From positions 330,001 through 362,000 of the forward strand of contig NC_013849.1 in assembly GCF_000025505.1 (NCBI RefSeq): a stretch of DNA of 32,000 nt, written 5' to 3'. This stretch comes from Ferroglobus placidus DSM 10642 (GTDB lineage: Archaea > Halobacteriota > Archaeoglobi > Archaeoglobales > Archaeoglobaceae). Below are positions 1-11,796 of this stretch, piece by piece. Positions within the stretch are counted from its first letter, which is position 1; each line of letters begins with the position of its first letter. Position numbers and translations under genes: made by a program. Under the pieces are notes generated by a model. The model was not told the DNA's origin. It saw only the letters and a program-made list of their open reading frames with translations, and ran no database searches.

Positions 1-1012
1 ATGAAACGAAGTCGAAAGCTTTCTCTTTGTCAAAGCCGATCATCAATCCAAATCCATCAGCTTCGAAACCGAGTTCGCTGAGTTTTTCCTTAAAAAACTC
101 TCCCATTCTCCTCGAATTTTCAACGAGTTTGTTTTTCTCTATGTACTCAATCGTCGCGAGAGCAGCAGTGCAAGCCAGCGGATTCCCGCCGAAGGTCGAT
201 CCGTGATCTCCAGCTTCAACTTTCTCTGCAACGTAATCCTTTACCCCAACAGCTCCCATCGGAAATCCGTTCGCTATTCCCTTCGCCATAGCAATTATGT
301 CCGGCTCAACGTTGTAGATGTCTTTGGCAAACCACTCTCCGGTTCTTCCGAAGCCAGTCTGAACTTCGTCGAACACTACAAGAAATCCGTACTTTTCTTT
401 CAGCTCGAATATCTCCTGAATGAATTCTTCCTTAGCGGGATAAACTCCAGCTTCTCCTTGAATAGCCTCGACAAAAACCGCCGCAACTTCTTCGCTCAAC
501 TTCTTCTTCAAATCCTCCACGTTGTTGAATTCGGCGAAAACAACCTCGCCTATCAACGGCTCGAAGGGTTTCCTGAACTTTTCCTTCCAAGTTAACGACA
601 GCGCCCCCATAGTTCTTCCGTGGAAGTTGCCAGTAAACGAAACGAGCCTTTTTCTTCCGGTAGCTTTTCTCGCAAGCTTAATTGCAGCCTCAACAGCCTC
701 AGTTCCGCTGTTGCAGAAAAAGAACTTGTCCATTCCGCTTACTTCCCTCAGCTTTTTCGCAAGCTCGATCTGGGGGAGAGTGTAGTAGAGGTTGGAAACG
801 TGAACGAGCTTCTCAAGCTGCTCTTTGACCCTTTCGATAAAGTATTTGTTGGAATGTCCTATCGAAACGCAGGCAATTCCTGCCACGAGATCCAAGTACT
901 TCTTTCCTCTCTCGTCGTATAGCCAGCAACCTTCCCCTTTTACGAATACGACTCTCTGCCGTTTGAAGAAGGGGATCAAAAGCTCTTTTTCGAGCTCGAA
1001 AATCTCACTCAT
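1..1012 (-). CDS. argD: Acetylornithine/acetyl-lysine aminotransferase, class III PLP-dependent, 3' part truncated by window edge
   Basis: Reverse-strand reading frame from ATG at 1012 gives [47 protein letters not shown]...[14 protein letters not shown]...[19 protein letters not shown], typical of ArgD/class III aminotransferases. Runs off the window so it is absent from the ORF track. Confidence 0.9.
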   Translation of the reverse strand, partial: MSEIFELEKELLIPFFKRQRVVFVKGEGCWLYDERGKKYLDLVAGIACVSIGHSNKYFIERVKEQLEKLVHVSNLYYTLPQIELAKKLREVSGMDKFFFCNSGTEAVEAAIKLARKATGRKRLVSFTGNFHGRTMGALSLTWKEKFRKPFEPLIGEVVFAEFNNVEDLKKKLSEEVAAVFVEAIQGEAGVYPAKEEFIQEIFELKEKYGFLVVFDEVQTGFGRTGEWFAKDIYNVEPDIIAMAKGIANGFPMGAVGVKDYVAEKVEAGDHGSTFGGNPLACTAALATIEYIEKNKLVENSRRMGEFFKEKLSELGFEADGFGLMIGFDKEKAFDFVS

Positions 1013-1911
1013 ACTCGATCGTCGCCGGAGGTTTAGGAGTTACGTCGTAAACGACTCTTACGACCTCCGGTATTTCGTTCGTAATCCTTAGAGCTATTCT
1101 TCTTAGCTTTTCGTAATCAAGCCTGAGGGGATCGGCTGTCATCCCATCTCTGCTTTCAACAGCTCTTACAGCAATTATGTATCCGTAAACCCTCACGTCT
1201 CCCTTTACTCCGGTAGCCTTCCCTATTAAAGCAGCAAAAGCCTGCCACTTCGGAACGTCTTTTAACTCCTCCTCAACTATCTTCGTGGCTTTTCTAACAA
1301 TTTCGACTTTTTCTGGAGTAACCTCTCCAACAACCCTCACAGCCAAGCCCGGTCCTGGGAAAGGCATTCTTTCGGAAATTTCCTCCGGCAAGCCGAGGTA
1401 TCTTGCAATTTCTCTCACTTCGTCCTTGTAAAGCTCTCTCAGCGGCTCGATCACTTTTTTGAACTTGTACTTCGTGGGAAAACCGCCGACGTTGTGGTGA
1501 CTCTTTATTCCTCCTTGACTCTCTATTATGTCCGGATAGATCGTTCCCTGAATAAGGTACTCTGCTCCCTTCTCTTCTGCAACCTTCTCGAATATTCTGA
1601 CGAAAAGCTCTCCCACAATCTTCCTCTTCTCCTCCGGATCGGTGACTCCTTTTAAAGCTTTGAAGAATTCGTCCCTCGCGTCTATGAACACGAGGTTCAT
1701 GTGACCGAAAACTTCCTTCACTCTCTCCGGTTCTCCTTCCCTCATCAGTCCAGTGTCGACGAAAACGGGAATTAGCCTGTCACCTATCGCTTTGTAAGCT
1801 AAAACTGCGCAGACCGAGCTATCCACTCCACCGGACAAAGCTATTATCGCCTTTCCATCCCCCACTTCTCTTTTTATTTCCTCAATTGCTTTTTTCACGA
1901 ATTCTTCGACG

Positions 1912-1919
<8 letters not shown>
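1005..1919 (-). CDS. guaAb: GMP synthase (glutamine-hydrolysing) subunit B, PP-loop ATPase subunit
   Basis: 304 aa; [10 protein letters not shown]-loop, [12 protein letters not shown]-terminal KPPATIEYE; archaeal split GMP synthase length. Confidence 0.95.
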
Positions 1920-3503
<1,584 letters not shown>

Positions 3504-3507
<4 letters not shown>

Positions 3508-3692
3508 AGCTTGTCCCTCAGCTCAGGAGGAAGCAAATTCGGAATCCCCTCTTCAATCGGATACCTTTCGTTGCAGTTATCGCAGATGAGGAAACCTTCT
3601 AAAACCTCCTCTTCGTTTTCCTCCTTCACTTCGAGCCTCAAATCTCCTTTGCAAACCGGACATGCAAGAATGTCAAGCAGCTTTTTCCTCAT
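3504..3692 (-). CDS. Trm112-like zinc-ribbon methyltransferase activator
   Basis: 62 aa [62 protein letters not shown]; start placed at 3692 rather than the 3896 of the track; 4-nt overlap with pyrG. Confidence 0.85.
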
Positions 3693-3745
3693 AATCACAG
3701 CCTTTAAGAAAATCGAATAAAAATTTTGTTGTTCGGTTACATTTT

Positions 3746-4759
3746 TTAAAGCTTCTCTCTTCTCAAATCGATTATATGCTCGAGTTCTGGGCCAGTGGAA
3801 ATTAAAGTTACTGGCGTTTTTGTGTCTTCCTCTACTCTCTCGATGAACTCCTTCGCTTTTTTCGTCAGCTTCTCGTATTCGGTAACTCCGTAGCACTCTT
3901 TATCGAGCTTGTCTATTCCGGTTATCGCAACTTGCGTCGCTCCGTTGACCATAGCTGAGTATCTCGCCATCTCACCGTCCCACCAACCGACTCTTCTCTT
4001 CCTTCCAGTTACAGTTCCGTACTCGACGAGTCCAAGTCTCTCCGCTTCCTCTTCGCTCATTTCTGTCGGAAAAGGACCGGCTCCAACTCTCGTCGGGAAC
4101 GTTTTGAAAACAACAATAACGTCGTCAATCTTTGTTGGTCCAATACCAACATCTGCAGCCATTTGAGAGGCTGTCGTATCTTTGCTCGTGACGTACGGAT
4201 AAGTGCCGTAATATAGGCTTAATCCGAAACCTTGAGTCCCTTCGACTAAAACGAACTCACCTTTGTCTATTGCCTCGTTGACCTCGAGAGGAACGTCAGT
4301 AAGGAACGGTTTTAGCTCGGGCACGTCTTTTGCTTGCTTCGCGACTCTCATAACTCTGTCTGCATTTGCGGGTCCGCAGCCAGTACCAGTCGTGCCGATT
4401 TTTCCCCTTAAGTGGTCGCTCTTAGTGTCTGCTTCTATGTGCTTCCTCTCAATTATAGCACATCTATAATCCACGCCAGCCCTATTGGCTGCGTTGAGCA
4501 TTTCGACCTCTTTAAGGAAAACTTCCGGATTTACGAGGACGCCAGCACCTATCAGAAGTCTTGCCTCTTCGTAAACGAATCCTGAGGGAAGCATTCTTAC
4601 CCCGTATTTTTTCCCTTTGTACTCTACGGTATGCCCGGCATTCGGTCCGACTCCTCCTCTCGCTATTATTTTAGGCTTGTCGGAAAAAGCGATGTGGGCG
4701 ACAATTTTCCCTTTCCCTTCGTCTCCCCAAAATCCTCCTACAACTATCGCTACTCCCAT
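3746..4759 (-). CDS. purA: Adenylosuccinate synthetase
   Basis: 337 aa; [12 protein letters not shown]-terminus, [30 protein letters not shown] motifs. Confidence 0.95.
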   Translation of the reverse strand: MGVAIVVGGFWGDEGKGKIVAHIAFSDKPKIIARGGVGPNAGHTVEYKGKKYGVRMLPSGFVYEEARLLIGAGVLVNPEVFLKEVEMLNAANRAGVDYRCAIIERKHIEADTKSDHLRGKIGTTGTGCGPANADRVMRVAKQAKDVPELKPFLTDVPLEVNEAIDKGEFVLVEGTQGFGLSLYYGTYPYVTSKDTTASQMAADVGIGPTKIDDVIVVFKTFPTRVGAGPFPTEMSEEEAERLGLVEYGTVTGRKRRVGWWDGEMARYSAMVNGATQVAITGIDKLDKECYGVTEYEKLTKKAKEFIERVEEDTKTPVTLISTGPELEHIIDLRREKL

Positions 4760-4799
4760 AACAAATCCCCAAAAAGCTCTTCAAAAGGATATTTTAAAG

Positions 4800-5396
4800 T
4801 TACTTTAATTCACTCCCAAAGTCGGCAACGACCACCAATCTCTTTTTCGCTTCATCGTAAGCGACGCCTATTCCTATTTCCTCGTAAGCAGGGTGAAGCA
4901 AGTTCTCCTTATGCTTTTTACTCTCCATCCACCCGTTTACAACAACCTTCGACATGTTTATCGGATCGAGGTATTGCAATCTGTCGGCTTCGAATATGTT
5001 CTCTCCGGCGACGTAGTAGTTGTAACCTACTTCCTTCAACCTCTCGAATACGCTCTCACCTTCCGGAGAGTAGTGGCTTAGGTAGTTCCTTTCTATCATA
5101 TCTTCCGCGTGTCTTTGAGCGGCTAACTCAAGCTTCTCGTCTCTTTCAAGTTTACCAACACTGTTGTTCATTCTGACCGCGTTTATCAGCAAGTAAACGT
5201 TCTCTCTCAGCTTTTCGACGTTCTCCTCCTCGACATAGTAATCCTTCTTCGCGTAAACTAATTTTGGTTCGGGAAAAGAAAACACTTCAGAAAGCTTATC
5301 GAATATTGAAAAGTCCGATATGGCGATCGAGATGCTGTTCGATACTATTAACGAGGCGAGGAGTAGAGGGATCCAGACGTATTTCCTTATCATCAT
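4800..5396 (-). CDS. CAP/SCP-like (YkwD-type) extracellular domain protein with N-terminal signal/anchor
   Basis: 198 aa; hydrophobic N-terminus, NAVRMNNSVGKLERDEKLELAAQRHAEDMIERNYLSHYSPEGESVFERLKEVGY...AGENI...GWMESKKHKENLLHPAYEEIGIGVAY. Confidence 0.85.
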   Translation of the reverse strand: MMIRKYVWIPLLLASLIVSNSISIAISDFSIFDKLSEVFSFPEPKLVYAKKDYYVEEENVEKLRENVYLLINAVRMNNSVGKLERDEKLELAAQRHAEDMIERNYLSHYSPEGESVFERLKEVGYNYYVAGENIFEADRLQYLDPINMSKVVVNGWMESKKHKENLLHPAYEEIGIGVAYDEAKKRLVVVADFGSELK

Positions 5397-5557
5397 GATA
5401 GTAATAGTCTGATAGGGAAGTATATAACTCTTTTGCTTGAAAAGATAAACAAATTCTAACCTTTAAAAATTGAACGGATGTGTAAACGTTGTTAAGTTTT
5501 GATTGCGATGTCAAAAGAGCACAACCTTTTAGTAAGGCTGAAAATTAAACGGGGAAG

Positions 5558-6295
5558 ATGATTGACGAAGTCATAGAAGAGTGTTCGAACATCCTCGCTG
5601 GAAGGAGTGTTGTTAGCGAGTGGGAAATTGAGAGAGTTGCGAGAAGAGCTATTTTAAGAGTTCTCGGAAGCGAAGCTATCGGAAAAAACTTCGATGAGGT
5701 TGTGAATGAAGTAAAGAGCAGCTTTTTAAACGAGCCGATAAGCGTTAAGAGCTTGCATTTCTCCGAATGCTTCGAATTAAACGGAGAGAAATTTTATCAC
5801 TTACACGTCTGCAAACCGGAGAGTGACGAGATTAGCTTTGCTTACGAGGAGATGCTTAAGTCTAAAAGATACGTCAAAGCGATTGGAGAAGTGAAAGACC
5901 TGTTCGTTAAATTCTTTGAAGGGTACTCGTCGAAGGATGGGTTTATTCAGGAATTTCTCGGAAAAAACAAGTACGCCGTGAGCGTGTTCTTGATAGAGGA
6001 CGTTGGTGAAGATTTGGAGTATCATAAAAAAATTGCTGAGAAATACGATGGGGAGTATGCCGTTGTAGCTTTAACCGAGAAGGACATCTTCCCGTTTTTG
6101 AGGTTCTTCAAGAGGCATTCTGAAGAGGTTAAAAAGTCCGGTTTCTACATCTGGGTGGCTGACGAGGAGAGAAAGTACATCGACCCATTCATAGGTTATC
6201 CGAAGGACGTAAAGCTCTGGAAGAAATTTAAAAATCCAAAGGCTGCGAGCATAGTAAACTCGTTATGGAGGGTAAAAGTGGAAGAAATAGATTAA
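5558..6295 (+). CDS. Hypothetical protein, 245 aa
   Basis: Long ORF, charged soluble protein, no family recognised; fits neatly between neighbours. Confidence 0.75.
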   Translation: MIDEVIEECSNILAGRSVVSEWEIERVARRAILRVLGSEAIGKNFDEVVNEVKSSFLNEPISVKSLHFSECFELNGEKFYHLHVCKPESDEISFAYEEMLKSKRYVKAIGEVKDLFVKFFEGYSSKDGFIQEFLGKNKYAVSVFLIEDVGEDLEYHKKIAEKYDGEYAVVALTEKDIFPFLRFFKRHSEEVKKSGFYIWVADEERKYIDPFIGYPKDVKLWKKFKNPKAASIVNSLWRVKVEEID

Positions 6296-7296
6296 TCCAC
6301 GTCTATTCCCTTAATCCACGGCATCATCTTTCTGAGCTCCTTCCCAACCTTTTCTATCGGGTGGTTTCTTTCCATTTCAAGGAGCTTGTAAAAGCTCGGT
6401 CTCCCAGCCATGTTTTCCAATATCCACTCCCTCGCAAATTCTCCGGTCTGGATTTCCTTCAAAATCTTTCTCATCTCCTCCTTCACTCTTTCGTTTATTA
6501 TCCTCTTTCCCCTCGTCATTCCGCCGTATTTAGCGGTGTCGCTAACCGAATACCACATGGCGTAAATTCCTCCCTCGTAGATTAGGTCGACGATGAGCTT
6601 TAACTCGTGTAAAGCTTCGAAGTAAGCAACTTCCGGCTGGTATCCGGCTTCAACGAGAATTTCGAAGGTTGCCTTGATAAGTTCAGCAACTCCTCCGCAG
6701 AGATCCACCTGCTCTCCGAAGAGGTCTGTTTCGGTCTCTTCTTTAAAAGTCGTCTCTATAACTCCCGCTCTCGTGCAGCCAAGTCCCTTCGCGTAGGCTA
6801 AAGCGTAATCCAAAGCTTTTCCGCTGTAATCTTGGTGAACAGCCACCAAAGCTGGAACTCCTTTTCCTTCCTCGAACATTCTCCTCACGAGGTGTCCGGG
6901 GCTTTTCGGAGCAACTAAAACGACATCAACGTAACTCGGCGGGATTATCTGGTTGTAATGGATGTTGAAGCCGTGGGCGAAAAGCAGAACGCTTCCTTCC
7001 TTCAAATTATCCCTTATGTACTTGTTGTAAACAGCCGGCTGCACCGTGTCTGGAATCAGCATCGAAACGAAGTCGCTTTTCTTAACAGCCTCGCTCACCT
7101 CGTAAACTTCGAAACCGTCCTTCTCAGCTTTTTTCCAGCTTTTACTTCCTCTGTAGAGTCCCACAATAACGTCAACGCCAGAATCTCTTAAATTTAGGGC
7201 ATGCGCGTGCCCTTGGCTTCCGTAGCCGATAACAGCCACCTTTCTATCCTTTAGATGCTCGAGCTTCGCATCTTTGTCGTAGTAGATCTTCGCCAT
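6292..7296 (-). CDS. ilvC: Ketol-acid reductoisomerase (NADP+)
   Basis: 334 aa; [64 protein letters not shown] motifs. Confidence 0.97.
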   Translation of the reverse strand: MAKIYYDKDAKLEHLKDRKVAVIGYGSQGHAHALNLRDSGVDVIVGLYRGSKSWKKAEKDGFEVYEVSEAVKKSDFVSMLIPDTVQPAVYNKYIRDNLKEGSVLLFAHGFNIHYNQIIPPSYVDVVLVAPKSPGHLVRRMFEEGKGVPALVAVHQDYSGKALDYALAYAKGLGCTRAGVIETTFKEETETDLFGEQVDLCGGVAELIKATFEILVEAGYQPEVAYFEALHELKLIVDLIYEGGIYAMWYSVSDTAKYGGMTRGKRIINERVKEEMRKILKEIQTGEFAREWILENMAGRPSFYKLLEMERNHPIEKVGKELRKMMPWIKGIDVD

Positions 7297-7307
7297 GGTT
7301 TAAAGAA

Positions 7308-7631
7308 GTGAAAGCTAAAATATATAGTTTCCTGAAAGCACTTGGTCGTATGGAAAGGAGCTTGAGGGAGAGAATAATCGACCTTCTGAAAGAAAAGGAA
7401 ATGAGCGTAACGGAAATTTGCAGAGAGCTCGATCTGGAGCCTGAGAGGGCGAAAGAAATTTACAAAATCATTACGACTCTTCCGAAAATTCTCAAAAGGA
7501 AAGGAATGCAACTTTTCATGCTTCCGCCGAAGTGCATGAGCTGCGGGTTTGAGTTCGAAAATCCCAAGCCGAGCAAATGTCCGAAGTGTAAAGGGGAAAG
7601 AATAAGTGAGGCGAGGTTCAAAATAGTTTAG
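7308..7631 (+). CDS. HTH domain protein with C-terminal zinc ribbon (predicted transcriptional regulator)
   Basis: 107 aa; winged-HTH-like KEMSVTEICRELDLEPERAKEIYKII plus CMSCGFEFENPKPSKCPKC. Confidence 0.75.
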   Translation: MKAKIYSFLKALGRMERSLRERIIDLLKEKEMSVTEICRELDLEPERAKEIYKIITTLPKILKRKGMQLFMLPPKCMSCGFEFENPKPSKCPKCKGERISEARFKIV

Positions 7632-8732
7632 ATGGAGCTGGCGATAAACCCGAGCAAAATCATTAGCACTCTCTGCTACTCCATTTTCAGGCTCGAGCCT
7701 TACACTTCCTGCTCCTTCTCCTGCTCCTACTGCTACGCGAGGTGGTATAGAGAGGAGAGACTCGGAGTTAATCGAAAAGTCGTCGGCATTTTCTCTAAAG
7801 TTGCCAGAAAACTTGATAGAAGAATTGCTTTCAGACTTGCAACACTTTCAGACCCGCTTCAGGATTTGGAGGAGAAAGCGAAGCTCTCTTTAAAGCTTAT
7901 GAGGATCGCCGAAGAAAACGAGGTTCCGATCGTTCTCAACACCAAATCCGACAGAATTTCCAAGAATCCTTGGAGGGAGCAGATAAACAGAATGGCGAAA
8001 AATAATTTGATAGTCGTACAGGTTTCGATAAGCTCGCTGAAAAATTTTGAATTCGAGAAAAAGGCTCCGAAAGCTGAAAAGAGGCTTGAAGCTCTATCTT
8101 CGATTGAAGCTCCGAGAATCGTCAGGCTTCAACCTTTTCTGCCGAATTACTCCTTTGATGAGGCTGAGGAGTTCGTTGAGAAGCTAAAAGATTATGGTGT
8201 CGACCAGCTTACCGTCGAAATGCTCAGGATTGTGAAAAGCGAGCTTTCAGCTTACAAAAAATACTGGGATAGGTGGAATGATTACTCTTTCGAAGGGGAT
8301 CTGATAAAAGCTGAAGCTCCGGAGAAGCTTGAGGAGCTGAGTAATGCTTGCAAAAAGTACGGCATCGATTTCGCTTTATGTAAAGAAGGCTTATTCAATC
8401 TCGAAACAGCCAACTGCTGCGGATTTCACTACTTAGACGCTGAAATAAGACCGACGCTAAGAGAAGTTTACAGAGAGCTTTTGAAAAGGAAGAAAATTAG
8501 GTTCGAAGAGTTGAACGAAATTTTCAAAGATTACCTTTTCGGAGAGAAGCTGAACTCTCTTCCGAGACTCGTGAGAAAAGCTTTGAAATACCACGAGAAG
8601 ACGTTGATCAGGAATTTGAAGAAGAAGGAGGTAGTTGAAAGGTTGACGCCTCTCGTGAAGGTTGAAGACAACGCTTTAATTCTCTCCAAATACGCACAAA
8701 GTATTCAAAGGGAAGATTCCAATACTGTATGA
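7632..8732 (+). CDS. Radical SAM protein (SPL/COG1533-like)
   Basis: 366 aa; CSFSCSYCYARWY = CxxxCxxC radical SAM motif near N-terminus. Confidence 0.85.
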   Translation: MELAINPSKIISTLCYSIFRLEPYTSCSFSCSYCYARWYREERLGVNRKVVGIFSKVARKLDRRIAFRLATLSDPLQDLEEKAKLSLKLMRIAEENEVPIVLNTKSDRISKNPWREQINRMAKNNLIVVQVSISSLKNFEFEKKAPKAEKRLEALSSIEAPRIVRLQPFLPNYSFDEAEEFVEKLKDYGVDQLTVEMLRIVKSELSAYKKYWDRWNDYSFEGDLIKAEAPEKLEELSNACKKYGIDFALCKEGLFNLETANCCGFHYLDAEIRPTLREVYRELLKRKKIRFEELNEIFKDYLFGEKLNSLPRLVRKALKYHEKTLIRNLKKKEVVERLTPLVKVEDNALILSKYAQSIQREDSNTV

Positions 8733-9919
8733 TGTTCTACAAAGCTGTTAGAACGGACAAATGCGTGGGCTGTAATTTCTGCCGGAATTACGTTTGTCAA
8801 TCTGAAGAGTGCGTAGGCTGTAAAGCCTGCTACTTAGCATGTCCCAACGAAGCCGTGAAGCTTGAGGAGGTTGAGAAAAAGGAAGAAATAAACGTGGTTG
8901 TCGACGGGGAGAAATTTTCCGTTCCGGCTGGAGTAACTGTGAAGAAAGCTCTCGAAATTTTGGGGTACAAATTTTCGAAATACCCCGAAAAGAATGCGAT
9001 TTTCGCTCCCTGCGAAGTGGGAGGATGCTGGAGCTGTGCAGTTGAAATAAATGGTGAGCTTAAGCAGAGCTGCGTCACTCCGGTAAGGGAAGGAATGGTG
9101 GTAAAAACAGACGTTAAAAGATTGCTTAGAGCCGTCCACGGCTTTAGCGGACATCCGGTTGGAGGAGTAGGCACTCCCTGGTGGATAAAAGGGAGGAGGT
9201 ATATAGAAGCAGCTTGTTTCGCTTGCGGCTGCAACCTGCGTTGTCCTCAGTGTCAGAACTGGACAACCACGTACTGCGGAAAAGAAAAGCCTCTTACGCC
9301 GAGAGAAGCTGCTATGAAAATGACCGCTTTGAGAAGATCCATTGAAGTTGATAGAATGGCGATCTCCGGCGGAGAGTGCACGTTAAACAGAGAGTGGCTC
9401 GTAAGCTATGTAAAAGAGTTGAAAAATCTCAACAGAGACGAAAAAGCGAGAATACACATAGACACCAACGCAACAATTCTAACCGAGGATTACTTGGAAG
9501 AGCTCGTTGAAGCTGGGATGACGGATATAGGCATAGATATCAAAGCTTTGAAGCTTGAAACGTTCGAGAAGATTACCGGAGTTGGGGGAGAACTCGGGAA
9601 GAAGTACTTGAAAACGTCCTGGAGAGCTTTAAAGCGTGCTTTGAATTACGACATCTTCGTCGGAGTTGGAATCCCCTACAATCCCGAGCTTATCTCTCTG
9701 GAGGAGGTTAGGAAAATAGGGGAAAAGATAGCAAAGATGAGCGACGAAGTTCAGGTCTGCGCCCTCGATTACCGAGCCGAGTTCAGGAGCAAAATAAGGA
9801 GACCGAGCTTTGAGGAGATGTTCAGAGTCTGGAAAACTTTGAAAGAGGTCGGTTTGAAAAACGTGATTTGCCAAACTTCCGTAGGATACATTAACCCTTA
9901 CGGAGAACTTTATCCTTGA
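8729..9919 (+). CDS. Radical SAM activating-enzyme-like protein with N-terminal ferredoxin-type Cys clusters and a 2Fe-2S-like domain
   Basis: 396 aa; CVGCNFCRNYVCQSEECVGCKACYLACP, VVVDGEKFSVPAGVTVKKALEILG..CEVGGCWSCAV, then CFACGCNLRCPQCQNW radical SAM motif; 4-nt overlap with upstream gene. Confidence 0.85.
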   Translation: MMFYKAVRTDKCVGCNFCRNYVCQSEECVGCKACYLACPNEAVKLEEVEKKEEINVVVDGEKFSVPAGVTVKKALEILGYKFSKYPEKNAIFAPCEVGGCWSCAVEINGELKQSCVTPVREGMVVKTDVKRLLRAVHGFSGHPVGGVGTPWWIKGRRYIEAACFACGCNLRCPQCQNWTTTYCGKEKPLTPREAAMKMTALRRSIEVDRMAISGGECTLNREWLVSYVKELKNLNRDEKARIHIDTNATILTEDYLEELVEAGMTDIGIDIKALKLETFEKITGVGGELGKKYLKTSWRALKRALNYDIFVGVGIPYNPELISLEEVRKIGEKIAKMSDEVQVCALDYRAEFRSKIRRPSFEEMFRVWKTLKEVGLKNVICQTSVGYINPYGELYP

Positions 9920-11355
9920 GCCTTAACGACCTTTTTCATATCTTCTATCGTTATCTCAGCGAGGTTTTCGAAGTTTATCAGAAAATCCTTTAAGCTCTCC
10001 GCAATGCTTACGTAACTCGCTTTCATATCCTCCGAAATTATTCCGAGCTCGCAGCACCTCTCAAGGGACTCTCTGTCTATTACCTCTACTTTCTCGTTAG
10101 TAGCGACAACGTCTATTTCCACGTCAACGTACCTGATTGCATTCCTCGAAATCTCCGGAGGAGTGTTAAGGTTTACGTAAACTCCTTTGAACTCTCCCTC
10201 CCTTCCGAAGTACTTGTGGAGGACGAGAGGAAGCTTGGTGGAGAACTCCATCAAATCGTAATCTCCCGGATTCTTTTCAACGTTTAACCCATCGTAAATT
10301 CCCCTGCTTCTGAAAACTCTTCTCATTCTGAACGAATCTTCGTTAGCTTCTACAACCTTCCCCGGCGTGAGTCTTTTCACTTCTCCGCTAAGCAGAGAAA
10401 CGTGTTCGATGCTTACCAAGCTCTGCTCTCTCATCAGAGATGCCACGTAACTTTCTACGGCTTTCGAAATCCTTTCTCTGTCTCCGATGCCGTGAGATAG
10501 AATGTGCTCAGCCAGATCAACCACTTCGCTCTCGTTCATCGATTTTAAGGAGTGGTGCCCTTCAATAGTGGGAAGAACGCTCGCTCTTGTATCATCTAAC
10601 CTCTTTTTAGCCTCTCTTCCGAAACAGAGAATCGAGAAGAATTCACCCTCGTAAACGATTTCTCCAACTTCAGCCTCCTCCCCCTTTTCTACGATCTCTT
10701 CAGCTTTTTCATACGTTTCCTTGAGATCCTTTATCATTTCGCTGAATTCACCGATTGCAGCTGAAGACCTCCACTTCACGCTCCAATCTCTGACATCTGC
10801 GAGAGCCGAAAGTCTAAGCAAATCAGACTTCAGACTCCTGTTTGCTATGTGCTTGCTGAAAATCACTTTCTTTCCAGCGCCTTTTATCAGAGCCACGAAT
10901 TTTCCGTAAATTGTGTAGTTCGTCGAAAGCTTGGCGTAATCTTCGTGTGGTAGGAAAGGTCTCGAAACGTCGACGAGAATTTCGCTTCCCTCCTTCACTT
11001 CTTCGTCCAAAATTCCCTTGTACTCTCCGAGATCCACTACGGACTTACCCTTTTCAGCTTTGACAACTTTTCCTTTAATTATCGCATGTAGAGGAAGCTT
11101 CGAAGTCCAAGAAAAAGCTCTTTCGACCCTCTTTTTTAGAACCTCGTGAACTTTTTTCCCGTGCTCGTATTCTCCCACAATAACAACTCCGTGCTTTTGC
11201 TCGGTATCCTTTACCGTCACTGTCGGAGGTTCTCTGTTTTCCGGAAGATTAAATCGCTCTCTAATCTTTTTCGAGCTGTGGGAAACTTCCAAGCCTTCTT
11301 CGAGCAGAATTTTTGTTATCGCCGTCGAATATATCCCTCTAACTCTTACTCGCAT
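9910..11355 (-). CDS. FAU-1-like RNA-binding protein (RNase E/G-like with C-terminal DUF402-like domain)
   Basis: ORF to 11400 (496 aa); more likely start MRVRVRGIYSTAITKILLEEG at 11355; remembered resemblance to archaeal AU-binding protein family. Confidence 0.75.
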   Translation of the reverse strand: MRVRVRGIYSTAITKILLEEGLEVSHSSKKIRERFNLPENREPPTVTVKDTEQKHGVVIVGEYEHGKKVHEVLKKRVERAFSWTSKLPLHAIIKGKVVKAEKGKSVVDLGEYKGILDEEVKEGSEILVDVSRPFLPHEDYAKLSTNYTIYGKFVALIKGAGKKVIFSKHIANRSLKSDLLRLSALADVRDWSVKWRSSAAIGEFSEMIKDLKETYEKAEEIVEKGEEAEVGEIVYEGEFFSILCFGREAKKRLDDTRASVLPTIEGHHSLKSMNESEVVDLAEHILSHGIGDRERISKAVESYVASLMREQSLVSIEHVSLLSGEVKRLTPGKVVEANEDSFRMRRVFRSRGIYDGLNVEKNPGDYDLMEFSTKLPLVLHKYFGREGEFKGVYVNLNTPPEISRNAIRYVDVEIDVVATNEKVEVIDRESLERCCELGIISEDMKASYVSIAESLKDFLINFENLAEITIEDMKKVVKAQG

Positions 11356-11408
11356 CCACTTTAACCTGACAACATAAAATTTTAAAATTTCTCCCAACAT
11401 TTTGTGGC

Positions 11409-11738
11409 ATGCCGAAATTGCTGGTCATAATTTCGAGCGGAAAAGAGGCTAAGGAAAAAGCGAAAACCGGAGTTCTTTTTGCGGCAAATTCGATAAAGTT
11501 CGGCTGGGCTGAAAAGGTTGAGGTCGTATTCTTCGGGGCAAGCGAAGAGATGCTTGCTGAAGATGAAGAATTCAGACAGATGGTCGTGGACTCTTTCAAG
11601 GACTACAAACCCCTCGCATGTAGGTTTATTGCTGAAAGCAAAGGAATTTCCGACAAACTCGATTTCGTGCGAGTGGAATACGTCGGAAAGATAATAAACG
11701 AGCTCATAGACGAAGGCTTCGTTCCGCTGGTTTTTTGA
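11409..11738 (+). CDS. DsrE-like/hypothetical small protein
   Basis: 109 aa MPKLLVIISSGKEAKEKAKTGVLFAANSIKFGWAEKVEVVFFGASEEML...; DsrE-like pattern. Confidence 0.65.
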   Translation: MPKLLVIISSGKEAKEKAKTGVLFAANSIKFGWAEKVEVVFFGASEEMLAEDEEFRQMVVDSFKDYKPLACRFIAESKGISDKLDFVRVEYVGKIINELIDEGFVPLVF

Positions 11739-11796
11739 AAGCACATCTGAGAGTAGTATATTTCACTAAATATTTTAATATTGATTAATTAAATTA

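Noticed and set aside
203-1091. Overlapping + strand ORFs 203-595, 522-785, 620-922, 825-1091
   Set aside because: Antisense to the clear argD/guaAb coding frames; compositions are low-complexity Ser/Leu/Phe typical of antisense readings.
4617-5176. 181-aa + strand ORF 4631-5176 and neighbour 4617-4808
   Set aside because: Antisense to purA start and CAP-domain gene; Ser/Arg-rich with no recognisable motif.
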